A stretch of DNA of 64,000 bases. Source: Phallusia mammillata (Eukaryota). The position numbers were made by a program, and so were the translations under genes. Positions within the stretch are counted from its first letter, which is position 1. Each line of letters starts with the position of its first letter. The stretch covers positions 30,442,001-30,506,000 of the forward strand of contig OZ281495.1 in NCBI GenBank assembly GCA_965637545.1, given 5' to 3'. Below, one piece after another: positions 1 to 12,939 of the stretch. The notes below the pieces were generated by a model. The model made no database searches and was not told where the DNA came from. It was given only the letters and a program-made list of their open reading frames with translations.

Positions 1-72
1 AGTACATGTATTTTGATATACATGTTCACGGCCGCACAAACTCGTCTCTACGGCCCAAATTGTGCACCCCTG
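1..72. mobile_element. Right end of a hAT-type MITE, truncated by the window start
   Basis: Ends in ...TGTGCACCCCTG (reverse complement CAGGGGTGCACA), a hAT-like terminal motif. Confidence 0.45.
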
Positions 73-451
73 GTTTAAGACAACGCGATTGTGCTGTGTA
101 TAATTCAACTCTAAAATGCACAACGACTTAAAATGATAACCCTTCCATGTAAACTGTATCACAACTTGGCCATCTTGCAAAGCTTTCTGCTGCCGGCGGC
201 AGTGTGCATACCACACGCATATTTTGTTACAGGTCTGTCTTCCGATTTGATTTATTCGGTAAAAAAATAAGCTTGATTTGGACCTAAAATATTATTGCCT
301 AAACATTATAAAGCGTTGTGGTATTTATATGCCTCAAACAATCGAAATATTACTTTCAAATTATTTTGTCCTTTCAAACCAATGGCCTGACGCAATCGAC
401 GCACTGGCGTCACCTAACGGATACGCCAATTTAAGTGCGTAGACCGTAAGT

Positions 452-763
452 GAGCGGTGTCCAAACTATTTTTAATGGGGGCCCATTTGCATTAGGTTCG
501 ACCCCCGAGGGCCAACTTTTTTTAGCAAAGATTGTAACCGGACAATTATAACACAAAGTATACGACATTTAAGGAATTTTGAGGATTTTGTTGCGTCAGC
601 GCTACGTATACTTTGTCAGCACCATGTAAGTCGCCACAATCCAAATCTTAATTGAAATTACGGCTGGCCATACGCAACAAAGTTTAAAACAAAAGCTGCG
701 CGTCACTTGAAATGCCGTTGCGGGCTGAATTTGCACCCGCGGGCCGCATTTTTGACACCCCTG
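452..763. mobile_element. hAT-type MITE (degenerate)
   Basis: Left end GAGCGGTGTCCAAACT and right end TTTGACACCCCTG form imperfect CAGGGGTGTC(C)AAA-type TIRs. The 8-bp flanks (ccgtaagt / ctgtagat) match only partly. Confidence 0.55.
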
Positions 764-1427
764 CTGTAGATAAAACACTTTTCCGTTTCAGTTTGGGGAC
801 CTTACTGTGCCATTTGTGTAAGAATTGTTAGTAAAATATGCTTTACCGCCAAAGCGCCCACATCGGAAAAAAACATCAATATAGTTTTCCCCTATACATT
901 TGTAGGGCTGTCAATCGTGTGGGGGCGGTTTATGTAATCCGAAAAACGTTCTAAAATGTTAATGGTTTCGCGTGCAAACATGCTTGTGTGTAATAGTGTT
1001 AAAAAAATTTAATATCAGTCGGAAATCAGGCATATTGGTACGCATATTCCTATTAAATTATCTTAAATTAAAAGTTAACCACATGGTTATGTTACTTCAA
1101 GCCGCAAAAAATCTTTCAATTTACTTTTATACGAATTACGTAAACCTTCGGGTTCCCCAGAAAAATTTTTTTGGAAAGACTACTGTAGACGCCCGAATTC
1201 CGGACATTAAAATTGTTTTTGAAAATATTTTCGGCCAGAGTATGTTTCGGACATACCAGGGAAATTCCCTAAACTCTATGCATACTTTTTATTGGCCCCT
1301 GAACTACAAATATTTTACTCTCACGTAGTTTAACACAACCTGGTTTGTCTAAAAACAAATCATCAGACAAAAAATGACAAATACCGATAGGTGGCGTAAA
1401 GAGTAGTAAGTACATGTTTCTACTATT

Positions 1428-1535
1428 ACTCTGGCCGAATGGTCCGGCGCGCCTGACCCCATATACAGACATCAAAAAACCTTGATCGGGATTCGTCTCC
1501 GGGAGTGTCCTGGATTCGAACCCCGTGAAAAAAAG
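1428..1535 (+). mobile_element. tRNA-derived SINE-like element, family B (related copies ~10820-10895 -, ~25012-25095 +, ~33470-33555 -, ~57697-57780 +)
   Basis: A-box-like TGGCCGAATGG and B-box-like GG(A)TTCGAACCC followed by an A-rich tract. No convincing cloverleaf, and the copies are dispersed and diverged. Confidence 0.5.
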
Positions 1536-3623
1536 AAACCTATTACTCTTTCAGTCATAAACTGTTGCTTTACTGATTGGCCGACCCAGGTTATCCTGTT
1601 TTTGACCCAGTTTTTGACATTCGGGTTGAATCTATAATTACCATCTAACTAACATACCTCTTCTGAAACGTTACGTAGACAAGGATTACGTCACAGCCTG
1701 CACTGCGTTGTGCACGATCACGTGATATCAAGTAGCGTTGCGGTGTTGAAAATTGTATGTCTTAAAAATTTAAGGTGGGTAAAGAATTTGCTTTGCCGGT
1801 TTTGTTGTACCAAAATGTGTCAGTAGTTTTTACATTACATTTTCCCAACAGTGAAGTTGTAGATTGTATAATACTTGTAGAGTAACGCAAAAACAAAGAT
1901 TGTGGGAGCCTAATAAAAACGTAGTGATTAAAAATCAATAAACGATTTTTTTTAACACCGTGATTTAATGTTAGCAGGGTTGTTTAATCCCTTCTGTGTC
2001 AAGAGTAGTAATGCAGACTAAGGTTTGTCTGAAAGCTAGTCAACACAATAGCCACACCTGTTTTGCGATTTATAGGTTCATCGTTACTAATTTAAACCGT
2101 TAGATTTTGCTTTACTTCAAATGAAAATAGGCTTTAGGTTGGATGAAAATAACCCGGATGTACCAGAGGACGCAAGATAATAGGAACTAAGCCTCCATGA
2201 TTGTGATGGTGTAGTCTTGGATTTAATTAAATGAGTGCAGCAAACGCGGTTTCGAGAAGCGAACAATATTGTTCGACATATATGTGTCCAAAATAAAAGG
2301 CAACCCTACCTCTGTATTATTTCAATGGAAACTAGAAATTACTGCGGTAGTACAAAATTCTTGTCAGGTCAAAACCGTTAACCAAGCCCGAGGAGGTGGA
2401 ATTCCAATATTCCCCTATCAGGCAAACGAATTTTGAAAACATCCCCTGCAAATTAGTTTGTTGCTTTTGCATGCTGCAAATGCCGACAGAGTCACGTTAC
2501 AAATATCATTGTGGGTAGAGGAAACTATACAGTCCACCCTTAATTTTATAAGCATGCCTGTCATACTTTTGTTTTGTTTGTTCCTTTCTTCTACTTTGAA
2601 ATGCAAAACTTTTGTGATTGATTAAACTCTATCCATAATAAGGATATAAAGGTTACTAAGCCAGGACTTACTGTCAAGCGTCATTGTGTGGTTGGTTTTA
2701 CAGAACCTAACTTCTTCAAACTAATGCAAAGTAAAAATAGTACATTTGAGTCTATATGCCCAGAAAAGTTGTACCAACGTAAGATTTCTTTTGTCGTGTT
2801 CTGGCTCGGATTAAAAAAAACGGACTTGATTTGGGTCCAGCTTAGACACACTTAAGTCGTAGTTTTACCTTTTTACTCAAAATATCTGCACAGGGCATGT
2901 ATTGCTTTGTTTCCTTTACAGCTGTCGTTTGAATATTTTTGTGTGGGTCCGTTTGTCACATTTGTACATTGACAAACATACCTTACGAGCCTCATTCGGG
3001 CCTTGGAAAAAAATATGTGGATTTTTGTTTGAGCTTGTTAATTTAGATTAAAATCCTTATTGTTTTTTTTACAGTTTTTTTACAGCCCAAGTGTGGCTCT
3101 GTGCCATTTTGTTAATACAATAAACCCTGTTAAACTTTAACGCAGTCTGCACAGGAAAACACTGAATAATTTTAAGCGATTCTTTGTTAAATATTATAAG
3201 TTTAGTGAATCGAAGTTTTGGATGAGTGAATAATTTCACTGCCTCATCTAGCCCTTCATTAGGAACGCTTTGCTGAGTCAGCAGTTTCGCTTGGTTTGTT
3301 TGATGGCCGGTTTACTACCATAAAATTTTAAATAATATAACGTTGTCTTTAGCTCATCATTACAATTTTTTGGCTTATCTCAAAAATTGGCAAATTTCCG
3401 TTTTTATTGACCCAAAAAATATACAATCGAAATTTTGTTTTCAACGAAACTAACAAGGTCTTGGGTTATTTTCTGCCTGACTTTAGTTCAATCACGTGAC
3501 TTATGAGTAACTGCTGATTGGTTTCCTTTTTCAACAAGATTTGACATGTAACGGTATTAGTTGTTTTATTGTAGGGTGACACGCAGTAAAATATCATGAT
3601 CACCACTGTGACATACACGCTGT

Positions 3624-4467
3624 TTAATATGGTACAGCTATGTTGAAAAAATAAATGGTTCTGCTTTCTGCAATTGCCCAGTTTTTCAGTTGGTCCATGT
3701 ATTCCGGTTGTAACGGCATCCCGAAGTTGTTCTGATTCGGATTCACGTCGCTGTAGAACAAGCCTGAATAATGTCAAAATAAACAACACAGAGTTAAGGT
3801 CAATGATGGTATTCAGCCGGTTTGCACCGTTTTTTTTAGAACCGTCTCACGAAATTTTATGAGATCAGTGAACCGGTTACCATTACTGGTTACTGTCAAG
3901 GGACTTTTTGCAACAGAACCAGCCAAAAAATATAACTTTTGTGATAAAACCGGCTGACAAAAAACTTGAATCAAGCACGAACCACCCATATTTGCACATT
4001 CTGACATCATTCATACGTGACGTCAAGTGTTTATGACGCCAGGAACGTCTGATTATTAGGTTATAAACCTGTTTATCTATTTTATTTATTACCTTTTTGC
4101 CTTGAACGGTTGCCGAGTTGGGTAATACTTATAAGTGCTTGTGGTATTGGGGATCTGCTGTTACTATTGGGGATATAGGTCTATTACGCTTTTATGAGAA
4201 AAAGGCATATTTTCACTGTCGGTTACCTCCAGGAAAGTTTTCTTTGAGTTGGTTTGTTACAGCTTCTGCAATCATTCCCGCTGCAATGACGTTGCTGTCA
4301 GCATTAAGGTCTGTCTTTAATTCACCGCTTGGTATAAATCCAACGTCAGTGTAACCATCTATATCTAAAAACAAAACAATATCACGACCTGTAATTCCAT
4401 TTCTTGTGGGGAAAACACAGAGGATTGGCCTACCAAATTGCATGACGATTCCATATCCGGAATTCAT
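3624..4467 (-). CDS. G1, uncharacterised 103-aa protein; exons 4467-4434, 4364-4227, 3763-3624
   Basis: GT-AG, phase-1 introns give MNSGYGIVMQFDIDGYTDVGFIPSGELKTDLNADSNVIAAGMIAEAVTNQLKENFPGGLFYSDVNPNQNNFGMPLQPEYMDQLKNWAIAESRTIYFFNIAVPY. Exon sizes and phases match the paralogues. Confidence 0.85.
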
Positions 4468-7349
4468 GATTTACCTCTCGACGATAATGTTTACACTGCT
4501 TAGAAAGAACTTACAAAACTCAAACTGTGTGAAATAAATTGAGTCTTAGTACTTTCTACTATAAGTTATAACTTGTTTAAAACGTTACAGTATTTTTGAC
4601 AGAAGGGTTCAGGAAAATTCGTTACAAATAAATCGCTTCACCTAAAAATGTTAATATTCTCAGCACTCCTAAACCAAGCACAAACATTCCAAATAACAAA
4701 GAAACACCGGATAAAAGTTATTCCCTATAAAACTATCAGTGAAGTTTAACTTGTGTCGCCAACTGACTGATCATGGTTAGGATGTAGAACGACTTTTATA
4801 GACAAAACTGCACAACTAAAAAACTTTTTCTGTATTTTGTGCGGGCGTTGTGTGGGAAAATAACAACACAAATTCATGTCGAAAACGTCAACCAAACCAA
4901 CTGCCAGATAGGAATGTGGTCACAAAAGGCCCTTTGTTTATTATCTCGCGCAGAAATTGTTTAATTTATTTAAAAATACTTTGCAGGTCGAATTTGCTAA
5001 CTAAGCCCAGGAGTTGGAACTGTAATATTCCCCTGTTTGGCAGACGAATTCGAAAAAATATCCCCCGCAAATTAGTCTGTTGTTTTTGAGCTTGCTTTAT
5101 CGCCAAACCTTTACAGGGGTTTTCTATTCCTTTACGTTATTGTGACTGCCCCGTGCAAATGCCGACCGAGTCGCGGTTACTAAATTAGTTTGGAAGGGAC
5201 AATCTGATTCACGCTTGATTTCATACGCATGTTTGTGGCGTTCGTTGACTTCCTATGATACGGTGCTTTGTTTCCAGGTGTGTTTTAAATTTACAAAAAA
5301 CAACATTTTATGTAAAAACGCGCATAACTTGTTGTTATATTTGTAAATAATTTGGCTGATCGCTTTGGTTAAATTTTACAACGTTGATAAGTTAAAATCC
5401 ACTAAAAATAATTTTAACAGCACATTTTTAGTGAATTGTTTTTTTGACAAAAATTTCTTTACAGCCTGCGCTGCGTTATGCATACCCGCGCTACTGATTG
5501 CGTACGGCTTGTTCCCAAAATGCGCCACTAGGGCAGAAAGAACACAAATAAGCAGCTTTACCGCGTCAGCATTTAGATCAGTGGCTCCGAACTTTAATCG
5601 AATACTTTTATTTCTTCAATTATTTCTTTTTCATGCTGAACAAAATTGGGTAATTTATTGTGTTTTTTTTTAAGTGTAGAGTTCATGTTCTCACAGTCTT
5701 AGTGTGTATTAAAATTGAACATAATTAAATTAAGTTTTAAAGTTTGACTTTTGTTTTTTCCCAACATTTACAGATTGCAACATAGCTTCAGCACTTCTTC
5801 ATTTTCCTGATTGCACGCAGGATAGAAAACATTAAGTTATTAAATTCTTCGCAGGTCATAACCAAATACCCACGCTAAAGCACAAGGAAGTAGAAATTTC
5901 AATTTTCATTGTCACGCCAACAAATTTGACTTTGCAAAACTAATTTGTTGTCATTGTGCAGTCAAGCCTCAAATGGAATTTTTGTTTCTTTCTTTTGTTG
6001 TGTCTAAACCACGAAACTATGCACAAATTCCAACCGAGTCGGGGAAACAAATTATAACTATAGTTGGGTGGGGAAGGCCTTCACTTCTGCTGCACACGCT
6101 TTTCGTCATAAGCATGTTTGTGGCGTTTTGCAATGTTTTTTGCATGCCCCCGCTACTAATCGCATACGACTTATTCCCAAAATGCGCCACAAGGACATTA
6201 AAGACACGAAAACGCAGCTTTACTTGTAACAGTACATTCACAGCGCTCCTAAGCCCAATGCAATAAAATCAAAATAGGTTAGGTGATCCCGAATTGGCCG
6301 GGGAATTAGCAATAAGTTGGGTTGGTTGTCATTACTGATTAAAGTGCTCTTTCTTAAACTTATCCACAATAATAGCGGGACCGCCGCCAATAACTTCCTA
6401 AATACCAGGTCGCCCTGCACTGACTGACGATTTAAACGCTAAAACCAAAAGTGAGATGGTCACACCGAACAGGGCCCATTTAAAAAAGCAACTTTAATAA
6501 AATGTAAACAATTTTAAATGTGCAAAACCGACACAATGTAACTGTGTCTCAATCACAACTAGCCCCGCCTCCCGCGTCAACATTTAGATCCCAAACTTTA
6601 TCGAGACACTATTATTTCTTCATAATACCACTGAGTAAATGCTAAATCAAAATTAAATAATTGGCTTTTATATCAACTGCACACTTCATATCCTCAAAGC
6701 CTTAGTGTCTATCAAAATTAAAATTAAACAGAATTAAATTAGATCAATAAATTAAACCCTGTTTAATTTAAACGCGATTTGGCACAGAACAAAAGTAAGC
6801 CATAGTTCCTTTTATTTGCAAACCTACACACCAACCAATCACTTTCATCATGAATGCTCGGACAACCAGCCGAAGTATTTTGTATTTTTTAAGCGATACA
6901 ATGTTAAATTTTAAAAGTTTAGTGCATCGAACTTTTGGATAAGTTGAAAACTTCACTACCTCATTTTTTTGGTTAGCAGTTTCGCTTGGTTTGTTTGATG
7001 GCCGGTTTACTACCATAAAACGGTAAATAATATAACGTTGTCTTTTGTACATCATTACAATTTTTTGAGTTATCTCAAAAATTGACAACTTTCCTTTTTT
7101 ATTGGTCCAAAAAGTATAAAAAACGAAATTTAGTTTTGGAGAAACACATAACAAGATCTTGGGTAATTTTCTTCCTGACTTCGGTTTAATCACGTGACCT
7201 GTTCCAGACTGCTGATTGGTTACCTGTTTTCAACAAGATTTCGACATGTAACGGTGTTAGTTGTTTTATTGTCGGGTTAAAACTTCAGCTTGTTGTGATC
7301 ACACGCAGTAAATATGATTGCGCAATCACAACTGTGACCTGCACGCTGT

Positions 7350-8100
7350 TTATGCAGGTACGTTGAAGAAGTATATGGTTCTTTTATCTGTAATTGCCCA
7401 GTTCTTGAGCTGGCCCATGTTATCTGGTGTGATCTCCAAACCGAAAGTGTTCTGATTCGGATTCACGTCGGTGAAGTACAATTCTGAACGATGTAAAAAC
7501 AAACAACACAGAGTTAAGGTGCAAGCAGTGACCACCCATATTTACACATTCTGACGTCATCCGTGCGTGACGTCACGTCTTTATGACGCCAGTAACGTCT
7601 GATTATTACGTTATAAATCGGTTTATTAAACCTTCATAATGAGGCAATTTATATTGTATTTATCAACTACTTAAGAATGCTTGTGGTCTGTTGCCATTGG
7701 GGACCAGGTCTATCAGGCTTTTATGAGATAAAGGCATATTTCCACTGTTACTTACTTCCAGTATCGTTTTCGTTAAGTACCGTTTTTACTGCGCCTGCAA
7801 CCATTCCCGCTGCTAGGGCGTTGGTTTTAGCATGAACGTCTGCCTTCAATTTACCACTCGGTATAAGTCCAACGTCAGTGTAACCTTCGATATCTAAAAA
7901 CAAAACAGTTTTACAGCGTGTAATTTTCTTTCTTTGTGGGTGAAAACGTTTTAATGGTAGTTTGTGTTATTTAAACCAAAATCCTAATGTACACCTTGCT
8001 GTACCGTTTCTTGCGAAAACAACAAATACCATATATGAAGTAAAAAGACATATAGGATCGGCCTACCATTTCGCATGACGATTCCATATCCATAACTCAT
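7350..8100 (-). CDS. G2, uncharacterised 101-aa protein; exons 8100-8067, 7893-7756, 7483-7350
   Basis: Spliced ORF MSYGYGIVMRNDIEGYTDVGLIPSGKLKADVHAKTNALAAGMVAGAVKTVLNENDTGKLYFTDVNPNQNTFGLEITPDNMGQLKNWAITDKRTIYFFNVPA. Exon 1 is 34 nt and exon 2 is 138 nt, as in G1. Confidence 0.85.
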
Positions 8101-8164
8101 GATTTACTTTTGGACGATAATGTTTTACGGCTCAGAAAGAACTCACAAAACTCTGTAAAAGGCG

Positions 8165-8252
8165 TTAGAGTTGTTTATAAGGTTAGAGTCTTGAATAATT
8201 AGAGTCTTTTACAAGTTTAGAGTTGGAGTCTTTCATAATTAGAGTCTTTGTA
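8165..8252. repeat. Short degenerate tandem repeat of TTAGAGT(C)T upstream of G2
   Basis: About five to six ttagagt(c/t)t motifs at roughly 20-bp spacing. The paralogous G1 upstream region has only one similar motif. Confidence 0.6.
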
Positions 8253-10992
8253 CTTTATACTATAAGATATAACTTGTTTCACACCGTACAATATTTTGAT
8301 ACAATGATTCAGGAAAATTTTTCACGATGGTAGGATGCAAATAAACTGCTTCACTATCAAACCAAACAATTCTCAACTCTCCTAAACGCAACGAAAACAC
8401 TCCAAATAACAAAAAACGTTATCTCTAGATATATAACCATCAGTGAAGTTTGACTTGTGTCGCCAGCTGACTGATTATGGTTAGGATGTAGAACGACCTT
8501 TATAACCCAAGCTGCACCACCAAAAAACTTTTTTCTGTACTTTGTGCGGGCGTTGTGGGGAAAATAACAACACAAATTCATGTCTAAAACGTCATCCAAG
8601 CTAACTGTCAGATAGGAAAGTGGTCACAAAAGACCCTTTGTTAATTATCTCGCGCAGAAATTGTTTAGTTTATTCAAAAATTCTTGTCAGGTCAAAACCG
8701 CTAACCAAGCCCAAGGAGTTGGAACTACAATATTCCCCTGTCAGGCAGACGAATTCGGATAATATCCCCCGCAAATTAGTCTGTTGTTCTTTTCAGCTTG
8801 CTTAATCGCCAAACCAGAGGTTTTTCATTCCATTACGTTGTTGTGACTGAACGACCCTTATCCCAAGCAAATGCCAACCGAGTCGCGGTTACGAAATTGG
8901 TTTGGACGGGAAGGGCGCCTGTCCATGCTTGACCTCATAAGCATGTTCGTGGCGTTTGCAAAGTTTCTGCGTGGCCTCGATAAAAATCGCATACGGCTTG
9001 TTCCCAAAATGCGTCACAAGTGCGGTAAAGGCACGAAAAAGCTTCTTTACTTATCATCAGCCGGTTCGCACCAATTCTATAGAACCGTCTTACGAAATTT
9101 AATGAGATTAGAGAAACGGTACCCGATAGTGGTTACTGTCAATGGACTTTTTATTCCAGAACCGGCTGAAAATATAACTTTTGTGATAGAACCGGCTGAC
9201 AAAAAAATAGAATTACACCACTGCTTGTAAAGGTACATTTTCAGCGCTCCTAAGTCTGAATTAGGCCGGGAATTTGCAAAAAGTTGGGTTGGTTAACTTG
9301 TCCTTACTGATTGAAGTGCTTTTACCCAGCCTTATCCACAATTATAGCGGATCTACCGCCTATTGTATAGCAGGTTGCCCTGCACTGACGGTTTACCGCT
9401 AAAAAACAAAAGTGAGATGGTCACACCAAACAAAGCTTCCACCAAAAATGCAAACACTTTCTAATGTGCCCAAATTGCAACTTGCCCCGACCGCCACGTC
9501 CACATTTAGATTATTGGTTCCCACCTTTTTTAAAACACTTCTATTTCTACATGTTACCACAAAGTAAATGCTACGCATAATAGAAATCTTTACGTCACTA
9601 AAATTCTTCGCAGGTCATAACCAAATAACCATGCAAAAGCCCAAGGAAGTGGAAATTTCAATTTTCCCTGTCATGTCAACGAATTCGACTTGAAGAAAAA
9701 CCAATTCGTTGTTATTGTGCTCCAAATCTCGGAGGGAATTTTTGTTTCCCTTATTTGTTGTTTTTGAACCACGAAACCACGAACAAATTCCAATCGAGTG
9801 AGGGACATCAATTAGTTTGGACGGGAAGGCTTCCTGTTTATGCTTGACTTCATTTATGGTGTTGTTATTGCAATATTTACTTCTGCGCAATTTCATCTTC
9901 CATTGGACGTTATTCAACTTAACAAGGATTTCCTCGCAACATTTTGTGCACAAAATTTCATAAAACGTGTTAATACGTATGTAGAATATTTGTCTTTTAT
10001 TAAATTTAACTAAGTTGTAAAAAAACATAAAATTGATATTAAATCAAGTTGGTCAAAGTTAGTGAATTTAAATACTGTTATCGAAACGTTGGCATATTAA
10101 AATAAAAAACTGCCAGAAGAGCTGAAATTTGTTGATTTATGCCTGGCAGCAACAGTATATTCATTAAATGCCGTTAGTTGAGTATAGTGGGACTCGTTGT
10201 TTAACTAAAAAAATATGTTATGTGAAACAAATGACCTCCTAATTTCGATTTACCTGACGCATAGCTACAAATGCTTGCATGAACGGAAAGTGAAGGTTAC
10301 TAAAACTATATGCATTTTTGCAAAAAAAATCCGCCTCGACTTACAACTCTGATTCAGTGAATGTCTAAACAAGCGTGTTTTGCGAAGTAATTGGTCTTTT
10401 TTTCGCAATCTCTGCTGTTTTAACGTATTTCAAACAGAGAAAAGTTTTTTAAAGGTTTTTTGTTACATCGTGCAGTGATTTAGGCTTTAGGCAACGCAAT
10501 TGTACTGCATATAATTTACCTTTAAAATGCATAACGACTTGAAATCGAAACCCTTCCGTGTAAAATGTATAAAAACTTGGCCCTTTGCAAAAATTTTCAG
10601 ACGCCCAAGTGCACATCACGCATATTTTGGTACAGGTCTGTCTTCCAAATTGATTAATTCCGTAAAACAAACTATTCCGCTTGATTTGGATTTAAAACAT
10701 TATTGTTTACCCAAACATTATAATGCGTTGTTTGTATTTATATGACACTCAAGGTAAAATCCTACACCAACAATCATTTGTTAATCCACTTTCTTTATAG
10801 TATTTTGTTCTTTCTTTTTTTCACAAGGTTCGAACCAGGGATGCTCCCGGGGACGAATCCCGATCAGAGGTTTTTCATGTATGGGTTTTTTTTCAAGTTC
10901 CTGCCCTATTTTGTTCTTTCAAAGCAATAGACTGACGCAGTCGACGCACTGGCGTCACCTAACGGATACGCTAATTAAAGTGAATAAAGTCT

Positions 10993-11279
10993 ACGGTGAA
11001 CTGTGTGTCGCGAAATATTTCCTATTTGAAAGTGCAAACATTACCTACTGTTTTAGGATTCCATGACGAAATACTGATGCGTATGTCAACGTTTCAAAGC
11101 TGGTGTTTTAGTTATTAATAATAAAAAGTATTGTTACCCACCACAATAAAGTTGTATACATAAATATACCATTCGTTAAACAACTTTTGTTATGTTTACC
11201 TGCGAAGTATGCTGCGGAAAGAAATTTTAGTTCTTTATTGTGCCACATGCCTAAAAAGTTTGAGAACCACTGCCTTTGA
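10993..11279. mobile_element. hAT-type MITE remnant
   Basis: Right end AAGTTTGAGAACCACTG. The left end is eroded (..AACTGTGTGTCGCG). Confidence 0.5.
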
Positions 11280-11729
11280 ACGTAGATGAAACACTTTTGC
11301 CAAGTTTGGCGACCTTACAGTGCCGTTTGTAACGGAACATGCTTAACCGCCAGAGAGCGCCCCCATCGCAAAAAAAGCATCAATACAATTCCCCTATACA
11401 TTTGTAGAGCTGCCACTCATGTATCGGCGGTTTATGCAATCAGAAAAATCAGCTAAAATTCCGCTTTTCCTGGCCACAGAGTTTTTTTCGTTTCGGGCAT
11501 GTCAGGGAATTTCGAAACGCCCGGTAACCCTAAACTCCATGCATAATTTTATTGACTCCTGACTTACAACTATTTTACCATTAAATAGTTTAATACAAGC
11601 TGGTTTATTTAAAATCAAATCACCAGACCAAAACAAGACAAATACCGATAAGTGGCGTAAAGAGTGACTGGAGTAAAAAGGTAGCCCGGTTAAGAACTGA
11701 GTATTTTTAGCTGAGATGATACATCTTTT

Positions 11730-11885
11730 CCACTGAACCTGTGAGCTCAGTTGGGAAAGCGCTCTGTCGTTAGGTTGAATCTCACCGCAGGCCATTTTTT
11801 CTAGCCTACGCCTTGCCATCTGGTTATGCTAAGGAAACTGGCTTGATTCGGTGTAACGCCTTCAATGGGCTGGTGTAGTATGATT
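11730..11885 (+). mobile_element. tRNA-derived SINE-like element, family A (other copies/fragments ~19290-19510 -, ~21795-22045 -, ~23575-23875 +, ~26460-26590 -, ~34690-34995 -, ~36520-36770 +, ~39055-39263 +, ~45235-45455 -, ~47463-47510 -, ~49040-49262 +, ~58735-58915 +)
   Basis: A-box TAGCTCAGTTGGTAGAG (clearest at 39122-39138) and B-box GGTTCGAATCC (36557-36567), followed by a shared body ctagcctacgccttgccat...cgccttcaatggg. Some copies also carry the tail ...cagggctgatcccagt...ttcatctta. Confidence 0.7.
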
Positions 11886-12939
11886 TATTTTTTTAGGTTA
11901 CATTTTTAATGCAACTCAAATAGCTTTAACCTCCATCATGTTTACTTTTTTTCTTAAATATAGGTTTCATTGCTTTTTGCACCACTTATTGGTATTTACA
12001 AAACTATGTCAGATATGAGTGCTGATCCTAGTTCGTTAACCGTTGCTACAAAACCGTTTACCATGCGATTTAAAACAGCCTTGTTGTTTCACGTCTTTAC
12101 ATGCTCCGGGCCTAATCACTTAATTGAAGTGCTTCATTTACTTATTCTCCCCGTTTTACGTTTTGTAAGTTTGTAAAGCGCAGGTGTTCTGTTTAAATGC
12201 TACAAATTAGTTAGTAGTCTTTGCTTGTAGTAGGATTAACTTTTGTCTGTTTCACTGCAGAAAGGCTAGTCCAAATTATTTGTCATGCTTTGCAACTGTG
12301 TGATAGTCGAGCGTTGGTGTGTTTGTTTTGTTTAGCACAGTCATTCAAAATGAAGGGTGTGTCTGTATGTGATCCTGTTTCCGAATAGTAAGTACATGTT
12401 TCTTCTACCAAACCTTTTACTTTCTAGGTAATGAAGGTTGCTTTACAGATTGCCCCATCCAAGTTCTGATTGTGGGATTGTTTTACATGGCATGTACTGC
12501 GTTCCACGTGGTCGCATTATTGGCCACGTGATAGTAGCATTGCTGTGTTGAAAATTGTATGTTTCAAAAACTTGATGTGGGTAACAAATCTTTACTGGTT
12601 TTGCTTCAACGAAATGTCGGTAAAATTACATTTTCCCAACAGTGAATATGTGAATTGTATCATACCTGAAGAGAAACGCCACGAGACTTAGGTTTCGATT
12701 TAATAAGTGGATGGACGTGAATTTGTATTTATTTGTCTCCTGAGCAACCCATCATTTCTAACACAGATTATGTGTTATTACGTTATCACTGCTTAGCGAC
12801 GGTATTGACCGAAGTACTCTGACAAAGCAAAATATAATAAAACAGAAAAAAATGAGACCGTGTTTTATTATTGCGAAACTGCAGATTGGGTATTTACAGT
12901 GTTGGACAAATGCAGACACAAAAAGATTCAGTTCAAATT

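Larger units (their letters stand above)
2330..9860. repeat. Dispersed degenerate 0.25-0.45 kb repeat; copies near 2330-2620, 4890-5260, 5480-5620, 5840-6230, 8620-9050, 9600-9860
   Basis: Shared blocks such as caggtca(a)aacc..aaccaagccc..ggag.tggaa, aaatgccgac.gagtc.cg.ttac and cgcatacggcttgttcccaaaatgcg recur in the same orientation. Confidence 0.7.

Noticed and set aside
4213-4467. Single-exon 84-aa ORF from the track
   Set aside because: It is G1 exon 1 + a 69-nt in-frame intron + exon 2. Paralogues show the intron is spliced.
6768-7193. 141-aa ORF
   Set aside because: Low-complexity and AT-rich with no recognisable motif, and the paralogous stretch at ~3180-3500 does not keep the frame.
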